From an uncultured delta proteobacterium (GTDB taxonomy: Bacteria > Myxococcota > Myxococcia > Myxococcales > Myxococcaceae), in the NCBI GenBank assembly GCA_963713045.1, contig CAVQKE010000005.1, positions 64,001-128,000 on the forward strand: a stretch of DNA of 64,000 bases, in the 5' to 3' direction. Shown here piece by piece: positions 39,920-50,537 of the stretch; position 1 is the first letter of the stretch; every line of letters begins with the position of its first letter. The position numbers and the translations under genes were made by a program. Below the pieces are notes generated by a model that saw nothing but the letters and a program-made list of their open reading frames with translations, did no database searches and was not told the origin of the DNA.

Positions 39920-40525
39920 TTATTTCTTCAGCGCAACCGGCGGCCTTTCCATATTGGAATGTTTGTTCCACCCGTGAAAACGCGAGAGGTCACCTGCATT
40001 CCACGCTTCATGGAGTCCAGGGGTACTCAGATCCCAGTCGGGGCGGATGGCGCTCGTCACGGCACGCAGATCGTGCCAAAGATCGATGACCGACGGACGG
40101 CCCCAAAACCAGTAGCCGTTATAGATGCTGTAGATTACAAGCCCCGGCTTGAGAACGAGCGTATGCGGGATCATCGGATTGTGCTCGGGGTCGGTGTATT
40201 CCTGGATGTCGAGATCCTTCTGAATCGTTCGGTCAAGGTCCGAAAGGAAGGTCCATTCCGCTCCGACTGACGCACGGAATTCCTGCAGAGTATGGTGATC
40301 GTCGGTGGCGATCGTGGCGATCTGAGTGTACGCCACTGCGATCCTCGGGTAGAACGCGGCGAGTTCAAGATGCTGCTGGTGCTCCTTTGGGCAATAGTGG
40401 CCGCGCGCAAGCGTAAGGATTAGCGGATCGTCGCCCTGTAGCTCGCTGAGCTTGCGCAGTTCGCCCGTGTGATCGGGCAGTTCGTAATCGGGAAAATTAC
40501 CCCCGGGCACAATGTCAGAACGCAT
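39920..40525 (-). CDS. Redoxin/AhpC-TSA-like protein
   Basis: PGGNFPDYELPDHTG, RGHYCPKE, FLSD, PHTLVL. Confidence 0.85.
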   Translation of the reverse strand: MRSDIVPGGNFPDYELPDHTGELRKLSELQGDDPLILTLARGHYCPKEHQQHLELAAFYPRIAVAYTQIATIATDDHHTLQEFRASVGAEWTFLSDLDRTIQKDLDIQEYTDPEHNPMIPHTLVLKPGLVIYSIYNGYWFWGRPSVIDLWHDLRAVTSAIRPDWDLSTPGLHEAWNAGDLSRFHGWNKHSNMERPPVALKK

Positions 40526-40547
40526 AATTAGACTCCTGCCGTTTTCC

Positions 40548-42305
40548 TCAAAGATCCAGAGTGACATCCACGTTTGGCTGGGAACAGCATACGAGCGCGC
40601 TCCCCGACGCGGGCCTCTCCAGCGGCTCAGGGTTGTAAATAATGGACCCGGCAATGAGACCGGTCATGCAGGTATGACAGACTCCAGTCCGGCACGACCA
40701 CCTGACCGGAACGTCGCACGCTTCGGCAAGTTCGAGCAAGCTCGCGAATTTCGGGTCCCAAGCAGCGGTAATGCCGCTGCGCGCGAATGAGACCGGCGGG
40801 CCAGATCCGGGCGGCCCGAGGGGCGGATGAGGTGTGTGACGAACCTGCGCCATACCAGGGGTAATCGCCTCGAGAGAACCGAAGATTTCGGTGCGCACCT
40901 TCCCGGCGAGCGCGCCCCAGTTTCTCAGCCCATCGCGCATATTCTCCAAGAATGAAGAGGGGCCACATAGATAGAAGTCGCTGTCCTTTGATACGCCGAG
41001 TTTTTCTAGCAGAGGCGTGTCAATGTGCCCCGGAGCATCGAAGTCTGCCCCGACTTGGTCGATCGCAGCGGGCCTGCTGTACACGATGTACTCGCGTCCG
41101 TGCGAGAGCTGTTTCAGTAATGAACGCGATTCTTCTGCAAATGGATGCTCGACGCGATTGCGCGCTCCATAGATCCACCAGACCTCTCGTTGGGACCTCT
41201 CGGCAGCGAGTGCGTGCAGCATCGACATCAGGGGCGTTGCGCCTACTCCAGCGCTCAGCAAGACCACCGGACCTTGGCTGGGACGCAGCGTAAAGCTTCC
41301 GCGCGGCGCACTAACGTCCAAGACATCGCCCTCTCGCGTACGGCTACACAAAAATACGCTGCCGACCCCATTCAATTCGCGCTTGACGCTGATGCGTAGA
41401 TGATCAGATACGGGCAGATCCGACAACGAATAGCTGCGAAGAGCGGGCTGTTTGCCCGCGTCGAGGTGCAAACGCAAAACCACAAATTGACCCGCTTGGA
41501 AAAGAGGAAGAGGCTGCCCACCGACTGGCGAAAGAATGAAGGAAGTTACGCTTTCGCTTTCCTTTTTGATGTTCGCGACTCGCATCTGCCGAAAGCCGCC
41601 CCACGCTGGTGTTTGTGCCTCATCTGCTAGTCCCGGATTCCCCACCGTAGTTTTGGGGTGCCGGTCTTGTTGGAGCATTGCTTGAAACGAACTCTGCCAA
41701 CCCTTGCTAAGTGCAGGGATCCGCAACGCGCGTTGCAGCTCCTCGCTGGAATGCCCTGGCAGATACAGGAGAGCGTCAACCTCGGCAACGCTGGTTCGCT
41801 CTGGACCGTCAGAGAGTTTTGCAATGTCGTCGCCCGCACCTACTTCTCCCTCGTGCAACACGCGAAAGTAAAATCCTGGTCTTCGATGTTCTACGAGAAG
41901 CGCCGCCATATGCGGTTCATTCATGCGGATGCCGACGCGGTAGCACGTTACGCGCGGCTGTGACACTTCAAATATCGCTTCACCAATGCGGTATCGATCG
42001 CCGATGCAGACCTCGTTATCAGCAAGTCCATCAACAGTGAAGTTTTCTCCGAACTGGCCGAAGACAAAATCTAAACGTCCGAGCAATCGCTCCCAGTAGT
42101 GATACGAGTCCATCTGATAAACAAACACGGCGCGTTGCTCCCCCCCGTGACCGACGAGGTCGGCTTGCGCATCGCCATCGATATCGAGCTTGCGCACCAT
42201 ACGCCGTCCCGTCACCGGAGATTTCCAAATCGCGGTGCGGATATTTTTGCCGTTCCATGTCACGTCGCGCGGTAGACCGACATTCACTGAAAGCAATCGG
42301 GGCAT
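40548..42305 (-). CDS. MOSC + FAD/NAD-binding reductase + [2Fe-2S] ferredoxin fusion
   Basis: GENF, QPRVTC, RSYSL, SAGVGATP, YLCGP, SCRTGVCHTC...CC. Confidence 0.92.
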   Translation of the reverse strand: MPRLLSVNVGLPRDVTWNGKNIRTAIWKSPVTGRRMVRKLDIDGDAQADLVGHGGEQRAVFVYQMDSYHYWERLLGRLDFVFGQFGENFTVDGLADNEVCIGDRYRIGEAIFEVSQPRVTCYRVGIRMNEPHMAALLVEHRRPGFYFRVLHEGEVGAGDDIAKLSDGPERTSVAEVDALLYLPGHSSEELQRALRIPALSKGWQSSFQAMLQQDRHPKTTVGNPGLADEAQTPAWGGFRQMRVANIKKESESVTSFILSPVGGQPLPLFQAGQFVVLRLHLDAGKQPALRSYSLSDLPVSDHLRISVKRELNGVGSVFLCSRTREGDVLDVSAPRGSFTLRPSQGPVVLLSAGVGATPLMSMLHALAAERSQREVWWIYGARNRVEHPFAEESRSLLKQLSHGREYIVYSRPAAIDQVGADFDAPGHIDTPLLEKLGVSKDSDFYLCGPSSFLENMRDGLRNWGALAGKVRTEIFGSLEAITPGMAQVRHTPHPPLGPPGSGPPVSFARSGITAAWDPKFASLLELAEACDVPVRWSCRTGVCHTCMTGLIAGSIIYNPEPLERPASGSALVCCSQPNVDVTLDL

Positions 42306-42603
42306 GCCTACCTCGTCTGAACCCAGTGGGCGGCTAGAAATACTTTAAGTTTCGTATCTTGGGCCAGCTTCTGCATAGCCCACGTCCACCAGTTCCTGCG
42401 TTGATTTGCTTCGGTGAGCCAAATCATGTGTTCGTCGCGGTTGACGTCACGCCGAACTGTGGTTCGAGATAATTTCGGCCTACCAAATACGCCGCCTGCC
42501 AGCGGCCGCTGCCTGGACGCGCGGGATACCAGCGGACAAGAGGAACCTTGACTCCCTTCGCCGGCATGAGAGACACCGAGGACGAGCGCTAAGGCGAGTA
42601 AGT

Positions 42604-43092
42604 TCATGACATTTTGAGCTGCGTCAGTAGCTTGCCGGCAAGCCAGTAATCCACACTGAACTTTCCCGGACCAGAGCAAAGCAGCCAGAGGAAAAAGAGC
42701 ACGTACAGAACTTCCGGCAGGTAGAGAAAATCGTCGAGCCAGTTGAGGGGCGAGAGTCCCTTAGGTAGGGTGGAGACCGCTTCGGTTAAGGTCGCGACAA
42801 TCATATCGACCAGTAGAGCCACGCAGGCCAGGCTCGAAAGAAACCCAGCGGCCACCAAGGTTCCGCCAATGAATTCGACACCCGACACGAAATAAGCCAT
42901 CTGGTAGGGAAACGGGACTTTGGCCTTAACGAGCGTCTTGTAGACAGGTTTTGTTCCGCCGGGGGCAAACACTTTGTTTGCCCCCGAGATTGCGAAGAAC
43001 AGTCCTATCGAAACGCGTACCAGGAGGATGGCGTATTGTTCGAAGTCACTGCTACCCAGCAGCGCAAATTGGACCAGCAGTTTCCAATCCAC
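42604..43092 (-). CDS. DoxX family membrane protein
   Basis: LLVRVSIGLFFAISGANK, VEFIGG, GPGKFSVD. Confidence 0.88.
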   Translation of the reverse strand: MDWKLLVQFALLGSSDFEQYAILLVRVSIGLFFAISGANKVFAPGGTKPVYKTLVKAKVPFPYQMAYFVSGVEFIGGTLVAAGFLSSLACVALLVDMIVATLTEAVSTLPKGLSPLNWLDDFLYLPEVLYVLFFLWLLCSGPGKFSVDYWLAGKLLTQLKMS

Positions 43093-43236
43093 CTCTTGTC
43101 CCTCCCTCGGAGAAGGTGCTGTGACGAAAGCCCACGTCCTGAAGGGCGACTTCTTCGGTGACCGCGTCGATCAGGACTTGCTTGGTTTCTAGCGTCATCT
43201 CTGTTCTCGACGTCAGCTAATTCCGGCACCTCGGGA

Positions 43237-43656
43237 TTATGTGTCCATCCGTTCGACCCATTGAGCGCGCGATGCGGGAGCCACAAATGGATCCGCGAAG
43301 TACTGTGTTTCCCGCGCAACTTTGTCGCCCCTGAACTCCATGATGCTCACAGTGTAGGACGGCTTTCCGTCATATGTCAGGATGAATTCGGTGACCCAAA
43401 GATCACCGCCGCCAATGATTCGTCGGACAGCAAACCGCTTTTTACTCGGCTGACTAGCGCGTTGGTTCTGTATGTTGCGTCGACCGCGAGTTCGCTCCCC
43501 TGACTGCGGGTAATCCAGCACCGCGTCCTCGTGGTAGATACGGTGCTCCGTCTCAAAATCATTGGCATCGGACGCCGCCCAATGCTGGTCCAGTGCCGCA
43601 CGGATCTCTTGATCTCGGACTTCAGAAGCCTGATCCGACTGTGGTTGATCGTTCAT
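43237..43656 (-). CDS. SnoaL/NTF2-like protein
   Basis: YHEDAVLDYPQSGE, EFRGDKVARETQYF. Confidence 0.88.
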   Translation of the reverse strand: MNDQPQSDQASEVRDQEIRAALDQHWAASDANDFETEHRIYHEDAVLDYPQSGERTRGRRNIQNQRASQPSKKRFAVRRIIGGGDLWVTEFILTYDGKPSYTVSIMEFRGDKVARETQYFADPFVAPASRAQWVERMDT

Positions 43657-43790
43657 CTTGAGCTCTCAATGTGACTAGAAGCTGTTCAGACTCCTCCTAC
43701 GAGTTGTGGTTTCGCCGATCGTCCTTCGCGGTTGGGGCTCATCGGCCCTCTCTCGAGCGCACAGGTCCCGCAGTGAATGCGCTGGAGCCA

Positions 43791-43967
43791 TCACGAGGAT
43801 GCCCGGCTAATGGGGTAGCCGGCCTGAGCCAACGCGCGCGTCATGTACTCAGCGTACCACTGCGGCCAGTCTGGGTCGGGCTTGCCCAGCTCCTTCTCGT
43901 GGATTCCGTGCGCTGCCGCTGCGTGTTTCAGAAGATCTAGCAGGATCTCGGTCGTGCTCAGTTCCAT
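43791..43967 (-). CDS. Small hypothetical protein (AAAHGxHE...DWPxWYAEYM)
   Basis: GGAGG-like RBS; the motif resembles the C-terminal extension of some glyoxalase-family proteins. Confidence 0.65.
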   Translation of the reverse strand: MELSTTEILLDLLKHAAAAHGIHEKELGKPDPDWPQWYAEYMTRALAQAGYPISRASS

Positions 43968-44151
43968 CGTTCTCTCCCTCCGGTCACGGCGCGGGCCGAG
44001 GTGAGCCACGTCCGGGAAGGCGCTGCCTGATCTCCTGCAGCAGCCACCCGTGCCGTCGGGGTCGGCGGGCGCCTCTCTGGGCCGGAGAGAGCTCTCGAGA
44101 GCGCCACGAGATGGTGCCTGCTCGGCCTCAGTGCAACGACTGGATGCCCAG

Positions 44152-44487
44152 TCAACCACGCCCACTCAGGCGCCAGCCGAGCATCAACAACCCAGTGGCA
44201 GCGATCCAGCTGCCGGCCACTCGGACGGCGATCCGCGTCCAGGGCTCGCGCAAGCAGACGACGAATGCCATCACCAGCGGGAAGGTAACGGGGAGCAGCC
44301 AAATCGCCGGCGGTCCGAGCTGCGCCCCCCACAGGCCGACGGATACCATTGCCAATACGTGGTCCAGGCCGGAGACCGGGTGCCTCAGTCCGGCAAGGAA
44401 GCCGGCCGCCTGCCCTTGCTGCTGGTGCGCCCAGGCCGGGACCGCGGCCAGCACCAGAAGAAGGATGAAACGTCGATTGGCCCTCAT
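44152..44487 (-). pseudogene. HupE/UreJ-family fragment with internal deletion
   Basis: AWAH...GLRHPVSGLDHVLAMVSVGLWG joined directly to the C-terminal RVAGSWIAATG; only 111 aa. Confidence 0.65.
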
Positions 44488-44660
44488 CCCCACCCCCCGA
44501 GAATCGCCAGCGTTCGCTGGAAGGTCCAGAAGGCGCCAAGCGCCCCAACCGTGTAGCCAGGCAGCACCCGGAGGAGGCGCGGCCATTGAATTTCCAGCAC
44601 GCGGAACGAGCGTTCGAGCCCGAGGATGAGAAAAACGAAGAACAGCTGGCCCATCTCGGG
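44484..44660 (-). pseudogene. C-terminal fragment of a HupE/UreJ-like membrane protein
   Basis: EMGQLFFV...PGYTVGALGAFWTFQR with no N-terminus. Confidence 0.5.
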
Positions 44661-45074
44661 GCGCCGGCTGGCGGAGGCGCCGTGGTCTTGGGCTGGTCGC
44701 ACGCACCCAGAACACTGGCGCTGACGATGACTAGCCCCCAACGAAGTCGCTCGCCAACTCTCGTCGTCATGAATGCCCCCATCTCCGTGAATGGCACGAC
44801 CATGCCCGCGGCGACGCGGCCGCCTCTACCACCGTCGGTCAGGCGTGAAACGTATTGCGCACCCGAGGTGGCCCCGTTGGGAATCCAGCGCAACCTCTGC
44901 TCCGCTGCAACTGCTTCTGCACTCCCGGTGCGGGCTTCAGGAGCTGATGAAGAGGCTGACTTACTTGAGGACTGGTAGCGCAGACGGCGCACGGGGCAAC
45001 CCGCCGGCGGTCGCCCTTTCGAGGGGGTGGACGGACACGAGCGCGCGGAGTTTATGGCCGGTTTGACTCCACCA

Positions 45075-45105
45075 TGCGCAGGGGGCGGGAATCGAACCCG
45101 CGTCC
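45075..45105 (-). mobile_element. tRNA/tmRNA 3'-end fragment (T-arm); att-site scar
   Basis: GGAC-GCGGG-TTCGATT-CCCGC-CCCCTGC: perfect T-arm plus acceptor-like strand, with no 5' part. Confidence 0.55.
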
Positions 45106-45175
45106 GGTAGTGCTCGACAGGAGCGCGTTTAACTAGTACGGCTCCTCACCGAATCGAGGTACCAGGCTCTGTCCC

Positions 45176-45634
45176 CTAGGCGCGACGGCACTGGCAACGG
45201 TGTAGCTCGAGCTCGCGGCGCTGCTCGCGGAGTGCGAGACCGCCGAAACACCCCACCAGGAGAGCGGCTAGAGCCGTTCCCAGGACGAGTCGCCACAGAG
45301 CGCGAGATTCGCGGGCCGTGACCGCTTTTCCGCTGGCGTCGAGGAGCTGTGGCTGAGCGGGAACGCGGACCAGAACCCGCACCGCACCAGGTTGCTCGGT
45401 TGAACTGCCAATCGCCTGCAAGGCACCGAGCAGGCACGGGCTTCCCACGTCGGCGCACTCGGGGCTATCGACACGGTCCGCGAGGGCGATGGCAGCGCTT
45501 CTCGCCACGGCGGTCTGCTGTGCAGCGAAATCCTCCAGCGCTGCACGCGCTTCCCGTCGCTCGTCCCAGACAGCGACGGCCAGGACGGCGGCCAGCGCGA
45601 GCACCATGGTCACCACCAATTGGGTGCGTTTCAT
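45176..45634 (-). pseudogene. Sensor histidine kinase N-terminal fragment
   Basis: TM - short periplasmic segment - TM - REQRRELEL; no HisKA or HATPase domain. Confidence 0.45.
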
Positions 45635-45884
45635 CCCAGGCTGCACTCCGGACGCCAGCGAAGGGGGCGGCGACCTGGTCGCGACTTCAGAAACGCGGAA
45701 CGACGGGTTGGCCAGCATTCCAGCACAGGGCCGAGCAAGGGAGATGCCATGGAGGTGAGCGCGCGCAGGGGCGCCAGTCGGAGGCTGTCGTTAACCCAAC
45801 CCCGGGGGAAAGCTTCCTCTTCCGTAGGGAAAATCTCCCCTTTTCGCTTCCAATCCACACTATGCCTCGGCCAAGGCCCGGGTA

Positions 45885-46526
45885 ATGTCCAGGTGGCCCA
45901 ACCTTTGCTCACGGGGAGTGCTGACGATGCCAAGCGTGTACCTTGCCAGGGCTCGCTCCGAGGTGGTGTCAATGGTCGACTGCTCCGTGGTCCGAGTCAC
46001 AGCTGACGCGCCGGAAGTGGATTTGGCCGTGGTCGCCCCCGGCGCGAAGGTCACGATGCGACTCTTGGCAACCGGGCGGGACGTCGTGGGCCAAATTGTG
46101 CGGCGTTCGCCAGCGGCGGATGGCGGGACCCGTACCGTAAATCTTGAAATCGACGTTCCGGACGCCGCTCGAGTGTTGCCGGTCGGGACGACCGCCGAGT
46201 TGACCATCGAGGTCGGTCAGCCCCGCTCGGCTTCGGTTGTACCGCTGGCGGTAGCGGCGGTTCGCACCGGCAAGGCGCTGGTTTTCGTTGTCGAGGGGGA
46301 CACGGCCCACGCCCGCGCGGTGCCGCTCCTCGGCGAGCGTGAGGGCCTGCTCTATCTCGACCCCTCGCTCAAGCCGGGAACACCGGTGGTGCTGGAAGGG
46401 CGGGCACTGTTGCAGGATGGAGACAAAGTCCACGTTGGCGCGGAGCAGAACATGGCTCATCCGTCTTCCGCGGTCCCGCAACCACAACCGCCGAAGTCGG
46501 GCACCGACGTGGAGCTGACGCCGTGA
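45885..46526 (+). pseudogene. RND membrane-fusion (adaptor) protein, C-terminal half only
   Basis: TRTVNLEIDV, LPVGTTA, VPLAVAAV, VVLEG...LQDGDKV; lacks the membrane anchor and alpha-hairpin. Confidence 0.7.
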
Positions 46527-49500
46527 CGCGCCTCGCGTTGAGCAACCCCATCGCCATCCTGATGGTTTGTATTGCGGTGGTGGTTTTCGCACTCGTCACC
46601 ACGCCGCGCATGAGCATCGACACTTTCCCCGAATTGACCCCTCCCGTGTTGGTCGTGGGCACCCTGGCGCCGGGGCTCGGTCCAAAGGATGTGGAGAAGA
46701 CGCTCACCTGGCGCATCGAGAAGTACGTCAGCGCAACGCCGGGCGTGGACCACGTGGAGAGCATCTCGCGAAACAACCTGAGCATCGTCTTCGTCTGGCT
46801 CAAGTGGGGCACGGACCTCAACGCTGCCCAGACCCTGGTCCAGCAGCAGACGGCCTTCGCCATGGCCGCGGTGCCCAAAAGCCTCGGAGTCCTTCCGCCC
46901 TTCGTCCTCCAGTACGACCCTTCCAACGCTCCGGTGGTCCAGGTCGCCGTCTCGGGTGGTGGGCTGAGCGGCCCGCAGCTCTACGACTACTCGCTCAACA
47001 ACATCGAGCCCATCCTGGAGGGAATCCCCGGCGTCGCGAGTGCAGCCATCAACGGCGGCCGGCAACGGCAGATTAACATCATCGTCGACTGGGCGGCGGC
47101 GCAGGCCCGCGGCCTCACTTCCACCGACATTGCAGAGGCGGTGTCCCGGGCGAACGCGCTCCTGCCGTCGGGCGTTTTCATCTCGCCGCACTTCGAGTCG
47201 AACGTCTACACCAACGCTGTCCCCGCGCGAATCGAGACCATCGGCAACGCGATAGTGAAGGTGGTTGGCAACAAGCCGGTCTTCATCCGGGACGTGGCCA
47301 GGGTCGAGGATGGTGGAAGCCCGGAGACGCAAGCCGTGTCGGTCAACGGGCACAACGCCGTCTACCTCAATGTGCTCCGGATCCCCGGCGGAAACACACT
47401 GGAAATCGTCGACTCGGTCAAAAAGGCGGTCGCTGGGTTGCGCGACCTGCCGCCTGGCGTCGAGGTGAGGGCGGTCTTCGACCAGTCGACGTTCGTGCGG
47501 ACCAGCTACCACGGCCTGAAGCAGGAAGTGCTGCAGGCGTTGGTGCTCATCGCGCTGGTCATCCTGCTGTTTCTGCAAAGCGTTCGGGGCACGCTTATCG
47601 TTTCGGTGGCCATCCCGCTCTCCTTCGCCATCACCCTCATCGTGCTGTACGCGAATGGGCAGACGCTCAACGCCTTCACTCTGGGCGGGCTGACGCTGGC
47701 GATGGGCCGCTTGGTGGACGACGCGGTGGTGGTCCTCGAGTCCATTCACCGCCACCAGCGCATGGGAAAGAGCAACTACCGAGCGGCGCTCGAGGGAACC
47801 AACGCCGTCGCCCTGCCGGTCCTCGCCTCCACCCTGACCACGATGGCCGTCCTTTTGCCGGTGCTCTTGCTGGCCGGTCTGGCCCAGAGGCTGTTTGCGC
47901 CGTTGGCGTTGACGGTGGCGATGGCGATGACCGCGTCGTACTTCGTCAGTGTCTGTGTGACGCCCGTCGCCTGTCGGTATTTCCTTGGCCACGCTGAAGG
48001 GACCGCCCTTGCCCGTCGCGTGGCTGCGATGATTGACGGCGTGGCGGCCGGCTATTCACAGTTGCTCCGCCGTGTCCTTCCCTACCGGGCCACCGTTGTC
48101 GCCGGGTGTGCGGTCCTCACCGTGGGTGCTGGATGGGCCGCTGGCACGCTGCCCAGCACCTTCTTCCCCGACATCGACGAATCCATGGAACGCGTCTACG
48201 TGCGGGTCGCTCCGGGGACATCCCTGCAAGACTCATCTCGGCGAATTGCCGAGATGGGGAAAGTACTTGCGGAAGAGCTCCCGAAGGGGAACGTCGAGCT
48301 GGTCCTCACCAATGTGGGGTCGCCGAACAACGCCAGAAGCGCGATGACGAGTCCAAACAACGGGCCGCACATGGGGTTCATCCGCCTGGCGCTGGTGGAC
48401 CCGGAAAAACGGAAGCTTTCGCAGAGAGAGCTTTCTGACCGGATGCGCGAGATTCTGGTGAAGCACTTTCCGGGGGTCGAGTTTCTCCAGTGGCCCGGCG
48501 GCCTCGTGGCCTCGGTCTTCGCCAACGGCTACTTCGCGCCCCTGGTGGTGGAGGTCCGCGGCGAGAACCTGGCCCAGCTCGAAGCCGACGCGAAGGAAGT
48601 GGCCCGGGTGGCGCAAACCGTTGCCGGAATCCGTGACGTTCGAGTCACCTTGCAGAACGACTACCCAGAGGTCCGGGTCGACATTAAACGCGACGAGGCC
48701 GGAATGGTCGGGGTCAGCGCCCGTGCGGTGGCTCAGACAACCCTCGAGGCAACGCTCGGCAATCTGAACACCCCGAGCGTGTGGATCGATCCGAACAATG
48801 GTCAGTCCTATTACGTGGTTACGTACTACGCCGGCGCGGATGTCCCAGACCCAAACGCCCTCGCCGCCCTCCCGGTCCGAATCGACAAGCAAGGAAATCC
48901 GGTTGCACTCGGAACGTACAGTGTCATTCATCGGTCGGTCGGCCCGGTCGCCATTGAGCGCAATCATCTCGAGCGCGCCGTTCACGTGCTGATGCAGACC
49001 GAAGGACGCGACATCGGCACGGCCGCCGCGGAGCTGGAGCAAAAGCTGCACCGGGACTCGAGGACCCGGCATCTCTCCTTCGGCTTTGTGGGCCAGGTGC
49101 AGCTGATGCGAGAGACGTTCTCAGGCCTCGGTTTGGCCATTGGACTTGGCGTGATGGTGGTCTTCATGATTATGGCGGCCCAATTCAAATCCCTCCGGCT
49201 TCCCTTTGTGATGCTCTTCACCATCCCGGTGTCGTTGGCGGGAATCGTGATGGCCCTGCTCGCCTTCGGTCAGGGATTCTCAATTACCGCACTGATGGGA
49301 GTCCTGATGGTGGTGGGCATTGCCGTCTCCAATGGCATCCTTCTGGTCGACGACGCCAACCGTAGGTTTTCGCGAGAAGGCGCGGAGAAGCTCGAGGCCG
49401 TCGTTGCCGCGGCGAGGTCACGCTTCGTCCCAATCGCCATGACCAGTCTGGCTACGGTGATTGGACTGATCCCCACTGCACTCGCGCTGGAGAAGGGAAC

Positions 49501-49666
49501 CGCATCCAACCAGCCGCTCGCGCTGGCAGTCTGCGGGGGGCTGACGTCCTCCACCATCCTGTCGCTGTTTTTGGTTCCGGTGATGTTCATGTTGCTCGCA
49601 CGCAAGGAGGTTCCGGCCGAAGAGGACGTTGCCGCTCCCGGGGCGGCGGCGCCGCAACACGCCTGA
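46523..49666 (+). CDS. RND efflux permease (AcrB/CusA superfamily)
   Basis: 1047 aa; SIPLS-like AIPLS, GRLVDDAVVVLESI, SNGILLVD, RFVPIAMTSLAT. Confidence 0.95.
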   Translation: MTRLALSNPIAILMVCIAVVVFALVTTPRMSIDTFPELTPPVLVVGTLAPGLGPKDVEKTLTWRIEKYVSATPGVDHVESISRNNLSIVFVWLKWGTDLNAAQTLVQQQTAFAMAAVPKSLGVLPPFVLQYDPSNAPVVQVAVSGGGLSGPQLYDYSLNNIEPILEGIPGVASAAINGGRQRQINIIVDWAAAQARGLTSTDIAEAVSRANALLPSGVFISPHFESNVYTNAVPARIETIGNAIVKVVGNKPVFIRDVARVEDGGSPETQAVSVNGHNAVYLNVLRIPGGNTLEIVDSVKKAVAGLRDLPPGVEVRAVFDQSTFVRTSYHGLKQEVLQALVLIALVILLFLQSVRGTLIVSVAIPLSFAITLIVLYANGQTLNAFTLGGLTLAMGRLVDDAVVVLESIHRHQRMGKSNYRAALEGTNAVALPVLASTLTTMAVLLPVLLLAGLAQRLFAPLALTVAMAMTASYFVSVCVTPVACRYFLGHAEGTALARRVAAMIDGVAAGYSQLLRRVLPYRATVVAGCAVLTVGAGWAAGTLPSTFFPDIDESMERVYVRVAPGTSLQDSSRRIAEMGKVLAEELPKGNVELVLTNVGSPNNARSAMTSPNNGPHMGFIRLALVDPEKRKLSQRELSDRMREILVKHFPGVEFLQWPGGLVASVFANGYFAPLVVEVRGENLAQLEADAKEVARVAQTVAGIRDVRVTLQNDYPEVRVDIKRDEAGMVGVSARAVAQTTLEATLGNLNTPSVWIDPNNGQSYYVVTYYAGADVPDPNALAALPVRIDKQGNPVALGTYSVIHRSVGPVAIERNHLERAVHVLMQTEGRDIGTAAAELEQKLHRDSRTRHLSFGFVGQVQLMRETFSGLGLAIGLGVMVVFMIMAAQFKSLRLPFVMLFTIPVSLAGIVMALLAFGQGFSITALMGVLMVVGIAVSNGILLVDDANRRFSREGAEKLEAVVAAARSRFVPIAMTSLATVIGLIPTALALEKGTASNQPLALAVCGGLTSSTILSLFLVPVMFMLLARKEVPAEEDVAAPGAAAPQHA

Positions 49667-50285
49667 AAGGTCAGGGAGAACCGTCAGTGTGCCTCTCAAC
49701 GTCGCGGCGCGGTCAATAACCGACCTCAGCCGCACGAGTGGCTACGTTTGCTCGAGAGCTCGCGTCGGGAACGAGAACTGTCCGACCTCGTGGCGGTGCG
49801 CACATACTTACCCGAGTGCCGAAGGCGCGTTCTGCGTTCCGGCAAACGCTGCGCTGTAAAAGCCATGCTTTTGCCTCAAGCAGAGCGAACGTCCGCCAGG
49901 AGCCGTCGCCCGAGCGAATATTTGCGCGGAAGCATTTCGCGCTCGCTTTAGGTCTTCTCCTAGCTGCCTTGTCCGTCCGCGGGCTTCCAAGCTCGAAAGA
50001 CCCATGGAGGAAGCCGCGTTTCGTTGCCTTAGGGATGGCGAACGACAGGGCGAGCTGGGTCGCTCTCGAAGTGCACACGCATACCGTCGAACAGCTGAAC
50101 ATCCCTGAGGGTTTCAAATCCCGAAGGCGTTGCGATTGCGCCAGACGGTCGTTTTCTGGTCTTCACCGCATTCGACCAAACCCTAAACAACACGCTGCTC
50201 TTTCGTTTGGAGAGGAAACCAAACGCAGCGCCTGTGTCGATTGGGGACACGCACGGCTACCACTCGAACTATGGGCACCTACGAA

Positions 50286-50308
50286 GAGCGGGAAAAGGGA
50301 TTTGAACC
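50286..50308 (-). mobile_element. 3' end of tRNA-Gly; att site
   Basis: GGTTCAAATCCCTT-TTCCCGC-T: T-loop, Gly-type acceptor strand and U discriminator. Confidence 0.6.
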
Positions 50309-50537
50309 GTATCCATGGGCTCCAGATTTCGCGGAGTTTGAGGCTAAGTGCTCGAAACAACTACGGTACACTACCTTATTTTCCGGTCTGGTCCTGCCCA
50401 TTCCGACCCCGCTATGACCGCCTGGTGACCGCCGAAATTGCCCTCGCCGAACCCTTTTTGAACCCTTTTCCATCGTCCCCCGCGGTCATTACCTCGTCAA
50501 CGCCGCGCCTCATATCGGGGGGATTCGTGGCGGCCCC

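Noticed and set aside
50240..50285. Second integrase C-terminal remnant (GH...NYGHL) beside the tRNA-Gly scar
   Set aside because: It needs frame changes within about 45 nt, which is too short to support.
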